Notes: generated by a model not told the origin, from the letters alone. A stretch of DNA of 52,142 nucleotides from Albugo candida (GCA_040437565.1 JBDOQK010000078.1:62001-114142), one strand, 5' to 3'. Positions 21,400-35,111 are shown, counted from the stretch's first letter. Translations and numbers: made by a program.

Positions 21400-24167
21400 A
21401 AAGTGCATCTTCATACGGCAAAGCAACGAGACCGACTTTCCTCCGAGATTTTTTCACCTTGCGGTTTTCTCTCTGTATCCCTCTATTTTCGTTTGATTTT
21501 GATTTCGCTCGCCCACTACCCGTTTGGTTCTCTACACCATAGACATAACTATTCGTCTTTTTCGCCAATAGAATCGTGGTTGAGCTCATGCANNNNNNNN
21601 NNNNNNNNNNNNNNNNNNNNNNNNNNNNNNNNNNNNNNNNNNNNNNNNNNNNNNNNNNNNNNNNNNNNNNNNNNNNNNNNNNNNNNNNNNNNCACCATAG
21701 ACATAACTATTCGTCTTTTTCGCCAATAGAATCGTGGTTGAGCTCATGCAACAGCCCATCATCACGGCCAACCCATTTACGGTCCGCTAGGATCATCATT
21801 CTTTCGACAGTTGATGCATGAATTGTGTCGGCTTTCTGCCTTCGAAGCTACCTCAGTGTAATGTCCCATTAGCTTCATCATACGTCGCTTGACAGAGTTC
21901 GAGACACGGCATTTCTCGTTTCTCATTTTCTCCATGTTATTGCAACGATGCGTTGCATTCTCTACGCACTTCAAAACACAAAGTATTCGATCCCAAGCGG
22001 GAGTTTGAATTGTATGCGTCTTCTTGGATGTATGAATGTCAGAATGGGGTGATATTACTGTAATCTCTGTGAAATAAGGACACACATACGAAAAAAGCAG
22101 CAAGCAGGATGGATATGCTTCTCATAATATATGGTGGTAAGTGATGATTGTTTTCAATTTCTTTGTGGAGATTCTACTGCCAGAAGAGAGAAGAGACAAA
22201 TTGTCTTTGCTTGATTCTCATTCCGGGAAAATGTCAGCCAATGTAATCGACTTTCTAAGCTCTACTCTTTCAAAGATCTTCCTGTCGATGGAATAGCGAG
22301 CATCAAAAATTTCTGTCGATCTTCACTAGTTCGATTAACGTTCTTGTGATCTTTGTTCATACTATCCAAATGCGCATATTCGAAACGACTCGTGAGGATG
22401 TACGATGATGCAGACGATACAATGTTTGGATTTACTTATTGCTGCAATGCAAATTGCCAACTTTTGAAATGCTTCTTCTTTTCGACCTTTTCCATTTCCA
22501 ACTGCAGGAACCATACATAGTCTTCGGGTTGTTCTTTGCTTAGGTCTTTGTATCTTTTTGTAGACTGGTTTTTCATTGGATTGTTCAGTTGCGGGTATGA
22601 AGTGATGAGTGGACGCTGATCGCTGATGTCAGCCTATTCTGGAAAGTTGGATCATTCATGCGAGAAGCTGCCTCTTTCTTCATATTTCGTTTTAACGCTA
22701 TTGGAACTATGGCTTGCGTCTCGTGCGATGCATTGTCTGGTATTCTTTCTATCGCATGCATACCATTCAAATACGTACATAACGGATCAAAAAGGCCTGA
22801 TGCCCATTGCAGCTTTGATTACACTTGAATGCTGCTTCTTGCACATGTGCTACCTGCTTGAAGAATACGAGATCATTTGCAGTTGAAGTCGGCTGAATCG
22901 ATTCTACCAAGATTTCCCAGGGAGCGCCACTGCCGATTTTGTCCAGCATACATGACAAGCAAGAGGGAACCTCATCTTAACTTCTAACCTTTTCATCTCT
23001 TTCATCGTCATCGCTACTTATGTCCTCTCTCTCGTCAATTGCATACTTGAATGGGGTCACTGACACGAAATGCATGCACCGATACGCTTTCGTCCACTTG
23101 GCTGCATGTTCAGACTGGCCAACGTCGTCCGCGACCGATAATACATCATTTCTTCCGAAAGAATGTAAGACTTTTATATCTCTGACCATAGGAGAGACAC
23201 TTTCGCAGGGGCCATTTTGTGTCAAACAGTTGTTCTTGAGCTTTGCGAGATCATTATCCTCATCAGTCGCTCCGTCAAAGTAGCTCTCGTGTTTTTCGTT
23301 GAGCAAGATAAAAGGGTTGATGCTGGACTGAGCACATGATACGCAGCTTTCCGTTTTCGCTTCTTGGTGAGTCACACGAGATTTTATCAGGCCAAAATCA
23401 TCGAAACCAGGGGCTGTTTTATGTTTGTAGTATATCATCCATTGATGATTTGTGGCGTCCGAAGCTGAAATCAAGTATCACTTATCCTCCGTATCAAACC
23501 CCAAGCATTGAAGGCAGTCTTGGATCCATATTCCAGGAAGACTTTCCTGTGAGAGTAAGCAAGGAAGTGTACTTTTCTGTTCGATACTAGTGTCCGAATA
23601 GCGACACCTTTTAGAAGCGAAAACACGTTAATCGTGGCTTCTTTTTGTTTTTGTAGCAGTCGAAGGTTCCTCTATTTCGTGTCCGTCTAATTTTACAAAA
23701 CGACTTCTTTCTTTTGTATAAGATTCGACAGCCACAGCTTGACTGGAAGCATCTCCATTTTCACCATGACCTTTAGCAGCATTTTTTGCCTTTGTCATTA
23801 GCAACTCGTTCGACGAAGGATTGTGCGTATCACTCGGACTCGCTTCTTTTCGTGAGAATTTCGCAGCTCTTTTCTGTATATCGAGTTTCTGTTGATTCTG
23901 CTCGATTTGTAGACATCACTTCGCGACAACGCTGCAGTGCTTGTGCAAGGTTGAGAGCGAAATACTGTCAGCAACATCTGCAATTATCTCCGGGACAGCC
24001 TCTTCCCCGTTCCTTATAAAGCTATATTTCGTAATGCGTACGTAAAGTCTGCATACGGAAGAAAACGTTGAATGCACATGCGACAGTGTCATACGAATCT
24101 CATACGCGTATATTTGCGCTGCTAGACAAAACAGAGCAAAAACTTGAAGAATCAACTCGATGTTTAT
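21400..24167 (-). pseudogene. Decayed long secreted protein with repeated CxxC modules (CCG-type effector-like)
   Basis: ORF fragments 23916-24266, 22977-23474, 22767-22958 and 21777-22103 are all in one frame, separated mostly by single stops. Hydrophobic leader INIELILQVFALFCLAAQIYA. CxxC modules: CRMC (~24085, shifted frame), CLQCL (~23510), CVSC (~23345), CLSCMLDKIG (~22960, exact CxxCx5G), CIVCI (~22420), CINC (~21815). Confidence 0.65.
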
Positions 24168-26383
24168 TGCCCACGTGGACTGTATGAGTCGTTCTCCAAG
24201 CACGCTGGCACAAATGTACGATATATGAATTCGGTATACACTTAGACGAGGAATCATATCCATCATATTGGTGCCGGTATACGAACACGATGATCAGGTT
24301 GATATTCATGCAGCTATACAATTCGATGAATGAGGTAGCTATACACATGACTATACATTGACCAATGTACGCGTGATGCATTCATTATCTTGGCCAATGC
24401 TAGAGTTGCTATTGTTTAGGTCGCGAATTTATAAATATCGCTGACAACAATTATATCGAGTAGTTATAGCATGGCTTGCTGATGAGGCAGTAAGCATCCC
24501 GTTGTCCATACTGAGGCTAGGCAGTCGGATGCTCCTTATAAACTGATTCTGACTTTTGCGCATCGGCATGTATATTGTCAGGTGCCTCATTTGAAAGTAG
24601 AGTGTTCTCTTTGAATAACGCACGATGGTCAAAATTACTGCTGGGGTAGCCTTTAGTAGACTTTTCGCTGCCAACTCGGTCATTATGAACAAGATGTATA
24701 CTTGCTTGACGACAATAGTTCAAGTGTTATTGTTATTGGTCGCTGGTCAATGGAACATAAGCAGCGGGTTTACCAATTACTTGACACGCTGNNNNNNNNN
24801 NNNNNNNNNNNNNNNNNNNNNNNNNNNNNNNNNNNNNNNNNNNNNNNNNNNNNNNNNNNNNNNNNNNNNNNNNNNNNNNNNNNNNNNNNNNACTCGGTCA
24901 TTATGAACAAGATGTATACTTGCTTGACGACAATAGTTCAAGTGTTATTGTTATTGGTCGCTGGTCAATGGAACATAAGCAGCGGGTTTACCAATTACTT
25001 GACACGCTGTTGAAGCTTGAGAATATCACTTTTCGAGATCTGTTATATTTATGTAATCGCTCATGTATCGGGCAAACAATTCACCTGTGCTAAAACAACC
25101 GTAGGCAAGCACGAAATCTCTACTTATAATACGTGGTCAATTTACAAGTGTGGAGTAGGAGTCACAGACACTGAGCTTGTGTAATAACGACAAGGAGAGA
25201 CCATTGGGTGCAGCAAAAGGAACGATTTCCTGCTTTCCGCTCATTCAGTCCAGCTCTATTATTTGGCTGATAAATGCAATTTATTGTCACAAGATCTTCT
25301 ACTAATGCCATTTAGAAATTCGAGACCAGACATGAGCGCATTCTACTTAGCAGGTGCGGGCGACTTCTATGTATCAGTCCGGTAACTCTTATAATCACGA
25401 TACATCCAAGCATAGATATAACAATTAGCGTCGCTAGTACCAGCCACTACAGTTTGAGGTCCTTCACCTCTAGCGTGTCCAAGCCACTATTCGACTACCA
25501 AATAGAAGGAGATATTTTCAAAGCTCGGTTAGTACACACACAAAATGTTTCCATAATGACTAAAATTAAGCCGTGTCGCTATCACCAACACAGTAGTCGA
25601 CCAAAGCACGTGCATCATCCTTTTTCCCGCCTTTTTATGAACGATCCACTTGCAGCTTTCCGTATATTGGCGTATCAACAACAGCTTGAGCGAAGGATTT
25701 ACGAATTGCTCATAATCCCAACTAAACTTCAAGTTCTCTCGTAAATGTTTTCACCCTTCATCTCCATCCATAGTATGTAACGCTCTGATGTTATAAACTC
25801 AGTCTTTGGTGTCTCTGCTTCCATACTTCATGCAACTTCCAGCCATTCCTACACGAATTGGAGCTGGTACGCAATCATACATCCGTTGTCGAGCGACTCA
25901 AAAGACCCTGCAAACGCGGGTAAAATAGAAGTAGTTTACTACTTTCATCTAAAATTTATTTCGATTCCGATGCCACATACATAAGTCAACTAATGCTTGG
26001 AAGTAATCAAACCCGATCAACGAGTCTAAAGCACTGATGTGAGATAGACTTGGCTGAAAGCTGCAACAACTGTGAAGATATATAGAGCTTCTGTTCAGGG
26101 TAGGTCTGCCTTTGTATTGCTGCGTTTTGTCCAATGATGCATTGTGATATCCTCCAAACATCATATTTAATCCAATCGGTGGAAACAACTCATAAATCGT
26201 CTTCGAAGACTGACAATCGAAAAGAGCGTTTACCTCATTTTATCCTTTTTAAAAGTATTGTGCAACTGTATCGCTTGAAGCTCATATTTCAAATCGCACT
26301 TTCCGCACGCAACTCTTTTGCAAAAGGAAAACATTTCTCATAACGTTTCTGGATCCGGCTCGAAAGGAGTCAGCTCATTAGGT

Positions 26384-28228
26384 ATGAAGAATATTATGAA
26401 CTACGGTACAGCTCCTAATCCGACAAAAAAATGCGTCAATTCGTGCGCTCCCGTCTCAAATTCCGATGTTTGTATTGAGTACGCAGCGCAAAATGCAACG
26501 TCAGTTGATAGAAAATTCGATACAAAAACGCATTTGACGACAATGTGTACAAATTACAATTCAGCAAAGCCGATATCCGCCAAAAACGATGCTCGAAACT
26601 CATCGTGGAGAACTCAACCAAGCTTAGAAAACAGCGCTACCACTTCTGAGACCGATTCCGATGAAGAAACAAAAAAACGGTTTTCATCCGACGTCAAAAC
26701 AAACCCTTTATTGTATCGTAATCATCTTCAAGACTCATGTCGCACCAAACGTAGCACAGAAATGATCATCCTAGTCAGTAGTTCACAGAGTCCTATGAGC
26801 AGATCGAACGCCGAGACGCTCCCGCTTTTGAATCAGAACAAGCTTGAATCCACACTGACCGCTCGTTCGGAGCTCTTCAAGCTAATCAAACTTGCTTCTC
26901 CAATCACTTTTACGTACATTTTGGAATCATTACCTGCAATCATCAGTCTGCTTCTAGTAAGTCATATGCCATCGACTCGGACGCAAGAATATCTCGACGG
27001 AGTCGCGTTGTCAACAATGTTTATGAATCTCACAGCTATTTCATTTGGCTTTGGATTGGCGACAGCAATGGATACTTTGTGTTCACAAGCGTTTGGAGCG
27101 AATCAAAATAAAAAAATGGGAATTTATCTGCAGACCGGAATTCTCCTTCTAGGATGTATATTAATCCCAATTGTACTTATGAATTACTACACAGCCAAGT
27201 GTTTGATTTGGCTGGGGCAGCCTCCGAACATCGCACAATTGGCAGGTCAGTTTAGTCGGCTATCCATTCCTGGTATTCCATGCTTGTACCTCTACGAGCT
27301 GATAAAAAAACTGCTGCAAGCTCAGAATATCGTCACACCAATGGTCTCCATCGCCATTTTGAGTAATGTCGTTCACATTATTTTGGGATTGTGTCTGACA
27401 CAATGTACTTCGTTGGGTTTTGCTGGTGCTGCCATCGCTCGGTCTTTTGCTAACGGCTGTCTTCTCATCGCTTTGGGTCCTTATTTCTCACAATTTCCTC
27501 AATCAATTAGAAAATGGTGGCCTGGGTGGAATTTAAGACTTGCCGTGCGAGAGATGAAACCATTTTTGAAGCTTGGAATTCCCGGAATGATGATGATCCT
27601 CATGGAATGGTGGTCCTTTGAGATCATGGCGATCATTGTGGGAGTGTTGCCAAATAGTGTGGTAGCGATTGGTGTGCATTCTATTTTGGTGAATATCTCC
27701 ACGCTGACATTCAACGTTTATCTTGGTATTTCTGTGGCTTGTAATGTTCGAGTAGGTAATTGTATGGGTGCTAACCTACCACGACATGCGAAGATGGTCG
27801 CGAATCTATCGCTTGCATTATCGTTGGGAATCTCTATGCTTATGGCTGTTTTCATTTTGATGTTGCGGACGTTCTTATCGAGAGCATTCATCACAGAGCC
27901 AGCTACTGTGGATCTCTTGTACCATGCACTTCTTCTTCTGCTTCCATATCAACTATGTGACGCAGTAAATGTCGTGCTGCAAGGCATTTTTCGCGGAATT
28001 GGGCAGCAGACCTTGGGCGCATGCATCAATTTTGTGGTTTACTTTATTTTAGGTCTTCCATTAGGAACATATTTGGCGTTTACATTTGGTTATGGTGTTA
28101 GTGGACTCTGGATTGGTTCAAATATTGGAATGTTTTGTGGTATTCTGCTGGCTTTGATTCAAATACGCCGTACGGATTGGCGGCTTTTGTCCGACGCTGC
28201 TCGTGCACGAACTCTTACAGCAGATTAA
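26384..28228 (+). CDS. MATE (multidrug and toxic compound extrusion) family transporter
   Basis: GLATAMDTLCSQAFGA, EWWSFE, VRVGNCMGA and QGIFRGIGQQ motifs with ~12 hydrophobic segments. First ATG at 26384 follows an INR-like 'gctcatatttcaaatc' (~26280). Start could be further downstream. Confidence 0.93.
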   Translation: MKNIMNYGTAPNPTKKCVNSCAPVSNSDVCIEYAAQNATSVDRKFDTKTHLTTMCTNYNSAKPISAKNDARNSSWRTQPSLENSATTSETDSDEETKKRFSSDVKTNPLLYRNHLQDSCRTKRSTEMIILVSSSQSPMSRSNAETLPLLNQNKLESTLTARSELFKLIKLASPITFTYILESLPAIISLLLVSHMPSTRTQEYLDGVALSTMFMNLTAISFGFGLATAMDTLCSQAFGANQNKKMGIYLQTGILLLGCILIPIVLMNYYTAKCLIWLGQPPNIAQLAGQFSRLSIPGIPCLYLYELIKKLLQAQNIVTPMVSIAILSNVVHIILGLCLTQCTSLGFAGAAIARSFANGCLLIALGPYFSQFPQSIRKWWPGWNLRLAVREMKPFLKLGIPGMMMILMEWWSFEIMAIIVGVLPNSVVAIGVHSILVNISTLTFNVYLGISVACNVRVGNCMGANLPRHAKMVANLSLALSLGISMLMAVFILMLRTFLSRAFITEPATVDLLYHALLLLLPYQLCDAVNVVLQGIFRGIGQQTLGACINFVVYFILGLPLGTYLAFTFGYGVSGLWIGSNIGMFCGILLALIQIRRTDWRLLSDAARARTLTAD

Positions 28229-28456
28229 TTTTGATTGGTGGAAATGGGATACTTTCGCAACACATGTCCTGTATAAAGAGATAGCATATCATGCGCTTTG
28301 CGAATGTATTCATATACTTTACTAGAAAAAGATTTGATATACCGTGCGAATAAATACTACCTCATGGATTATAATAGAATCATTTGCAGCGTTGTCTGCT
28401 CATCACAATGCGCGACCAGAGTTTTGGTCAATTTTGCATAACACAAGAAGCTGGTA

Positions 28457-29560
28457 ATGACACCAACCGACTGGATTGCAAGTGCTAAAAGTCCAGAATT
28501 GTATTCGCTATCGCTCTCATCGTCTTATGGGAATGAGCGCACAGACGCTGCGATACTTCGTACACCAGGCGCAACTCCAATCAGTATCATCCATGAAGAA
28601 TACGAGAGTGAAGATCTTCCCAAAGATTCCATGGAAGCCACTCCCACCACCATCGAACAGGAAGACGAACACCCATCTACAAGCGCTTCCAATAAAAGCT
28701 TCCATCGTACCATGCGATTCAACGCTCACAATACCAGACGGTCTACAATACAAAGCGATAAAAGTCCGCCGTATCCCGCATTAGTAACATCCCGTCTCTC
28801 ATGTCTTCATTACAAAGACGCCGACGTCCGCGATTTCTATGAATCTGGATTTTCTGGGCGGAATAGTGGTGCGTTGCGTTCCGGTCTTCCGCCATCTCTC
28901 TTTTCCAAGGAAATGCTGGGTCTCTTCTCTCAGTATGCAGCTGTTGGGATCGTCTATGGCGCTCTTCCCGGGATGATTTACCCACTCATGCAGAATTACT
29001 TGAATGTGGAAGGCGTCCAGACTGTCGCTGCTCGATCTCTTCTGACACTTCCATGGTCGTTCAAAGCTTTCTACGGCATCTTGACAGACTGTTTTCCAAT
29101 CTTTGGGTATCGTAGACGACCATACATTGCAATTGGATGGTTTATTTGCATCGCCATGTTGTTTTGCATGGCTTGGATTCCATTAGGTCAGCCATATTAC
29201 ACGGATGTCTCGGTTCGTCATGTGAAACCAAGTAGCTACACGCCCGAGCAGACAGCGACATTGAATCCATCAGCGACTATGTTGGAGGGAAAATACACTG
29301 GAATGATGATGCTCGCGACATTTGGATACTTGTTGGCTGATGTCGCAGCTGACGCAGTTGTGGTCGAATACGCACAGCGAGAGCCCGAGTTGACACGAGG
29401 AAGGACACAAAGCGCCGTGTATGCTGTGAGGAACCTCTTTATGATGCTGGCCAACTTGTTCACTGGATTCTGCTTAAATGGTCGCGAGTATGGAGGGGAC
29501 TTTACCTTCTCATTGACATTCCCACAAGTTATGTTATTCTTGGGCGTTTTGGTGGTTCCA
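28457..29560 (+). CDS. Folate-biopterin transporter (FBT/BT1, MFS) family, 3' truncated by gap
   Basis: LPWSFKAFYGILTDCFPIFGYRRRPY, DVAADAVVVEYAQREP and RGRTQ motifs typical of BT1/FBT transporters. Confidence 0.88.
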
Positions 29561-29880
29561 NNNNNNNNNNNNNNNNNNNNNNNNNNNNNNNNNNNNNNNN
29601 NNNNNNNNNNNNNNNNNNNNNNNNNNNNNNNNNNNNNNNNNNNNNNNNNNNNNNNNNNNNAGAGATTTGGATAGTCCGACGATGGGATTCTTAACCATTT
29701 TTTACTTGGCGGCTGCATTCATTTACACGATCGTGGCCAATATGTTATCCATTATCCCGTACACCAGCTGTACGATTCTTGCCGGAGGTTCTGGATGCGA
29801 CTCATGAATCAGAGGAATCGAGATTTTGGCTATATTAAGCTCGTCCATGGCGCAGTGTAAAAGGTCGCGAACGGTATCCA

Positions 29881-32607
29881 ATGACGGGAAAATGTGTGGC
29901 GCCAACGGGAACTCGGCCACTGATGATTTCCATGAGGGAAATGGAGGCATTGGGGCTCAAAACGGGGAAAGGATTGCGTGATACTGTGACTCATAAAGTG
30001 TTCCAAAAGGCAGAGATATTGGGTGAAATTGCTCATTTAGGCTTCCTCTGTCCATTCCATCCGGTTCAGGAAGAACTCAAGGTACTCGTGCTTGCTTGTT
30101 GCTGGGCAGAGTATTGAGTGCGTCCAAAACAGAAGCTCAAAGGCGAGGACTTGCTTGTAATTGCTGATCCACAAGAAAAATATGGAGAAAACTGGATTGT
30201 GTGCTTGACCCGAGAGAGTTTTGAGGCAATGATAAGCAATTTCATTTCCATTGAAGAGACAACCTCAGATTTAGCTCCACTTCCTAGCACGATTGAGGAA
30301 ATTGTTTCAGTGTATGAAGATCGACATATCATCGCTAAAGCGTGGGAATCTCCTTCCATCCACGAGACGTATGAACAAGTCAGAGCTCTTGATGTCCACA
30401 GTAAACGACCTCTTGTACGATTTGTTGTTTTCATTTGTATGCTCGATAATTGTTGAAAGAGCTTCTTGTCTAGATACGTTTGTCACTATGTAAAATGTCG
30501 GATGAATTGGGGCTGGAGTATCGGTTTACAGATCGAACTGCCGAACATTGTGAGCACTTTCAATTGACTTCGCCTCGATATTTTAATTCATCGTGCAGGT
30601 TTTGTCGAATTCCGACAGCATCGCGATCCTGCAATCGAGTTATTCCGCTTGGAGCAAGATATCGGTCTACAAGGAACACCAGTAATGACGGATAATTCCA
30701 CGCAAACGAGCTGGTTCCGTTCAATCAACAACACGATTCAATACGAGCCGATCACAATGACAGCAGCAGAAAAACAGTGCGAGTTGAAGTCTGACAAATT
30801 GCATGCGTTTCTGCATAAAACGCTTCCAATTGTTGAACAGGTCTTGCAGCAAAATGAGACGCTTGACCTCTTCCTTGATCCACTTTTTCATTTACATGCT
30901 GAAGACGTCAACGCATTGGGCAAAAACGAAAACAGCATCAGAGAGATACGGGGCTTCACGGATCTTGTGTATAGTAAAAATAAGACAATTGCAGCAATTG
31001 ATTGGCATCCAATAAAAGTTGGCATCGTCGCGGTGGCTGCAGCTTCCAGTTGCAATTTGGCAAAACGATACGATGATTTGGAAAACACTGAAAACTCGTA
31101 CGTTCTGATCTGGAACTTTTCCGACTTGATCCATCCGCAATTGATGCTGGAAGCCCCACAAGACGTCGAGGCTTTGCGTTATAATTCATTGAATCCCCAT
31201 ATCATTGCTGGAGGATTGCATAACGGACAAATTGTGCTTTGGGATACCAGTAAAATCGAAGGGATGGACAGAGCTTTGAAAGGGGAACACGAAGAACTGA
31301 AAAAGAAAACTCCAGTGGTGAAACCCGCCTACCTTTCGTACATCGATGCAAGTCATCGTCGACCCGTTCGAGAGCTTTTGTGGCTGGCAAATGGTCGACA
31401 AGTGAATCAGCAAGGACATGTGATGTCTTCTGAGAATACTATGAATCAATTCATCACGATTGCAGGAGACGGCCAAGTTTGTTTTTGGGATGTTCGATTT
31501 GAGGATCCAAAATATCGAAATATGAGTCGACTTCGTCTTGATCGGCAAAAGATGAAGGATTCGAACGATATCTATTTCGTTCCAATCTATGCGATCGCGT
31601 TGATCAAGGTTGAAAGTCCTGGAGAGCTTGAGCTTAAATGTTTTTGTCTGGAGAAACCGCAGGACGACATAGACATCACATCATCCAGCCAGTTTTACTG
31701 TGCTACAGAGGAGGGCGAGCTCTATTATGTTGACTGGCGGCCATTTGCAGCGATAGACAAGCAAAGTGCCACTGATATCGGTATGAAAGATAGTCGAGGA
31801 CCTGAAGGCGCCATTGAGCACATCAAATGGCTGCATGAAGATCACTATCGTCCAACCATTTCGCTTAATGTCTCTCCGTTCTTCTCATCAGTCATCTTGA
31901 CCGCGAGTGAAGCTTGCTTTCACATCTGGAGTACGAAAATAGAATCCAGACCGATCTTCATCTCGTCTTTATTCACATCAGCCATCACGTGTGCCAAATT
32001 CTCACCCACACGACCAGCTGTCATCTTTATTGGAAAATCGGATGGTGTTTTAGAAGTGTGGGATTTCTTGGATCAATCACACGCAATGAGTGTATCCACG
32101 GGCATTGCTGCTTGTTCACTAACTTGTATCGAGTTTAGACCTTCAAATACTCGTTATGTTGTGGAAAACACCCACGAAATAGACTCCAAACGGAATGCAA
32201 GCGATACCAAGCTGAAAGCGAATGTATTGCCAGCATCTCAAGCGATGGCTCCTCAAAAAGACCAATTAATGGCGATCGGCGATCACAATGGGAATCTTCA
32301 TATTTTGGAGGTTCCAAGTGCATTATCGCGCCCATTTACCAATGAGCATTCCATAATGGATGCGTTCTTCCAGCGAGAATCCAATCGTTTGGAAGCGCAT
32401 GGAGAGAATGTGACATTCTCATCGCGCAACGTCAAAATTCTGGACAAGTCGTTAGATGCGGCGCATTTAATGGAAGGTTCGGATGGTGACGACGAACTTC
32501 AACTTCAACTTCAACGAACGGATCCCGCGGGAGAACTTCATTCTCTCATGGATGACGAATTATTTGAAAAGATGGAGGTGGAATTTCGTAATGAATTACG
32601 GATTTGA
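29881..32607 (+). CDS. Axonemal dynein intermediate chain, WDR63/DNAI3 (IC140)-like, 4 exons
   Basis: Exons 29881-30081, 30133-30414, 30474-30549 and 30599-32607 joined by GT-AG introns of 51, 59 and 49 nt that preserve frame. WD motifs (GGLHNGQIVLWD, FSPTRPAVIFIGKSDGVLEVWDFLDQSH) and QTSWFRSIN..QYEP / LQQNE segments. Confidence 0.8.
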
Positions 32608-33158
32608 ATTTAGTGCTTTGATGAGAGGTTGGATGCTACTTTGTCTTTCTTTGTATTTGTTGAAGGTGGCGAATCTAGCATGGGATAACGAAAGCAGAAC
32701 GCTTGGTTTGTGCTGGCGACAGGTAGCATCTTGAAGGATTTCAATTATATACGCGTCTTTTATCATGGAAAAATGCGATGTATAGCAAACACTTTTGACG
32801 ACGAAAGGAAAGACTCTGTCCTTGTAGTGGAATGAATGTCGCAAAGGAATATATTGGTAGTCTTTATGATCTACGATTGGCTGAAAGTACAATGCTACAA
32901 GGTTACAGTCTGATTAATACTTTTGATGAACTCGTACTGTTTTTTCTTTAAATTTGACATCATGAAACTCTGATACTTGTAGCAAGGCAAGATACATTTG
33001 ATGCTATCTTTTGCTTATTGGTAAAGCAAACACACGCTGCTACAATATCAATGCAATGCGCCGCTTTGGGTGCTATAATCGTAATTACTGAAAGATATGG
33101 ATGATATCAGACTTACATATACCGACCTCGCAAATGTGTCTCGAATGTATTGTGCAAA

Positions 33159-33954
33159 ATGGAGCGCATTTCATTCGTCAATGTGGCGCGACACATACTC
33201 AAGCGCTGTGAGAAAGAGAAAAAACACACAGCAAAAGCGAGCTGGGTACATCGACAATGGAACGATCCTTATGTGAAGCAAGCAAAGCGCGAGAATTTAC
33301 GAAGTCGCGCGGCATTTAAACTGAGAGATTTGAACAAAGTTGGTACACTCCCTACAATAGCTGATAACTAACATATCATCGTAGAAATTCGATATTATCC
33401 GACATGGAGATACGGTGCTGGATCTCGGCGCTGCGCCAGGGGGCTGGACGCAAGTACGGCATTCCTAATTCTGTTCAATCCATTTCTGATATCTACTTAA
33501 GATAGCGGCTGTGGAATCATGTGGAAAACATGATCGTAGTAGGACGCGCGTCATAGCTGTGGATCTGGTACCAATGCAAAGTGTCGAGGGGGCTTCTATT
33601 GTGGTCGGTGATTTTCGTGATCCTGCTATTCGCGATGACATCAGCGAAATCCTTGGAGGTCGTGCAGTAGACGTTGTTTTAAGTGATATGGCACCGAGAT
33701 TCACCGGTCATTTTCTTAACGATTCTCAACAGCAGCTTCGTCTGTGTTACAACGCCCTGCTTATGGCAGAATTGTATCTCAAAGTAGGAGGAAACTTCGT
33801 CACCAAAGTGCTACAAAGCGAGGATCTCGGAGAGTTTCGAGAAAAAATGAACACACAATTCAAGACTGTGAAAGGATTCAAACCGACGTCTTCCCGTTCC
33901 GAATCGACAGAGCTTTTTTTTGTTGGAAGAGGGTATCGAGGCGATTCCATATAA
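33159..33954 (+). CDS. FtsJ/RlmE (MRM2-like) rRNA 2'-O-methyltransferase, 3 exons
   Basis: Exons 33159-33338, 33385-33453 and 33502-33954. Motifs DPYVKQAK..RSRAAFKL, VLDLGAAPGGWTQ, VVLSDMAP, KPTSSRSESTE. Confidence 0.92.
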
Positions 33955-34384
33955 TCATCAAAGAAGCCTTTTCGATCGAGCCTACAATAAGCGGCGTTTT
34001 GGATCATCATTGTGCTCCGAGGCGTGGATGATGATTCACAGTTCTTAACTTCCTCATATGGCAAACGTTTTCATGCGTTCCCACATGCGATTAACATTCA
34101 CATAAGAGAGCAATTTGTAAAGTAGAGTTTGCTTCTTGGTGTCATTTTGCTGGAAATGCATGGTAGGTTGTCAGATATGCTACATTTATCTTGTTATTGT
34201 GCTGTACTGACACAGAAGAGTTCCCATTTCTGACTGGCCGGAATTATCGGCTTTGCAACCAATCACAGCTATACGCTATGAATCGCTCCATTTTTATTGC
34301 GTTTGATGACTTTTCGCGCGCTGGAAAATGTAAAAACAAAATGAGAAAAAAACAAGTGTCTCATCAACGTATTTTTCAACAGAT

Positions 34385-35111
34385 GTGCTCTCCTCTTTAG
34401 CATTCAACGACCGAGTTGCAAGCTCTTCTCCGAAGGTGAATTTTGAGTCTCACCCAATCTTATCCAAATCGGCAACTCTTAAGACATGGTCATGGAATTC
34501 ACATGAGGTAAAGGATTACTATGCTCTTATGATTCGTAATGGGCTATCAATAGATAATTCATCTTTCGTTGGACACAACTTGCGTCTCTACTTTGTGGGA
34601 ACTTACTAAAGATCTGATGGATTGGATTCTGCATCTTGAAAACGATTTGAAAGATACGGTACAGAGTGTAATTCTCATTGGCGCTTTGTATCTCCCGGTG
34701 GCCAAATCCTGTCATTCTCCCGAACTTGACGACATATTTTACTATCAAACATCTTGTAAACCCAACAGCGGCGAGCGTTTTCTTCAGTGCGAAAGAATCT
34801 CATCATTTGAATCGTCGTGGAAAATCAGCGATCCGTTCGTGTGCCGTTTTTTCTATTTGCTTGGAATTGAACAGCCAACACAGACGCAAGTGCATGGCTT
34901 ATTTGCGAAAGGCTATCGACCAGGACAGTATCCGCTACTTGAAGGAACGCGTGATGCAATTTCGAGATTGATTGGTGCCCTAACTCATGCAACAGCGCGG
35001 TACGAATGCTTTAAAATTGACCCGCAAGTCGCTTGGAAGCATTTGGAACAGGATGCAACAGCCGGTTGGTCCGACAAAAGTTGTAAAGGAGAGCAGTCTA
35101 TATATAACTGA
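34385..35111 (+). CDS. Hypothetical protein (5' end uncertain)
   Basis: ORF 34385 joins ORF 34569 in frame via a 46-nt GTAAAG...TAG intron (34508-34553). No recognised motif. Confidence 0.5.

Noticed and set aside
21535-21750. 58-bp direct repeat around a gap
   Set aside because: Assembly overlap artefact.
24674-25009. 118-bp direct repeat around a gap
   Set aside because: Assembly overlap artefact.
24400-25330. Possible further decayed gene on the minus strand
   Set aside because: Only short fragments, with no motif or continuous frame to support a call.
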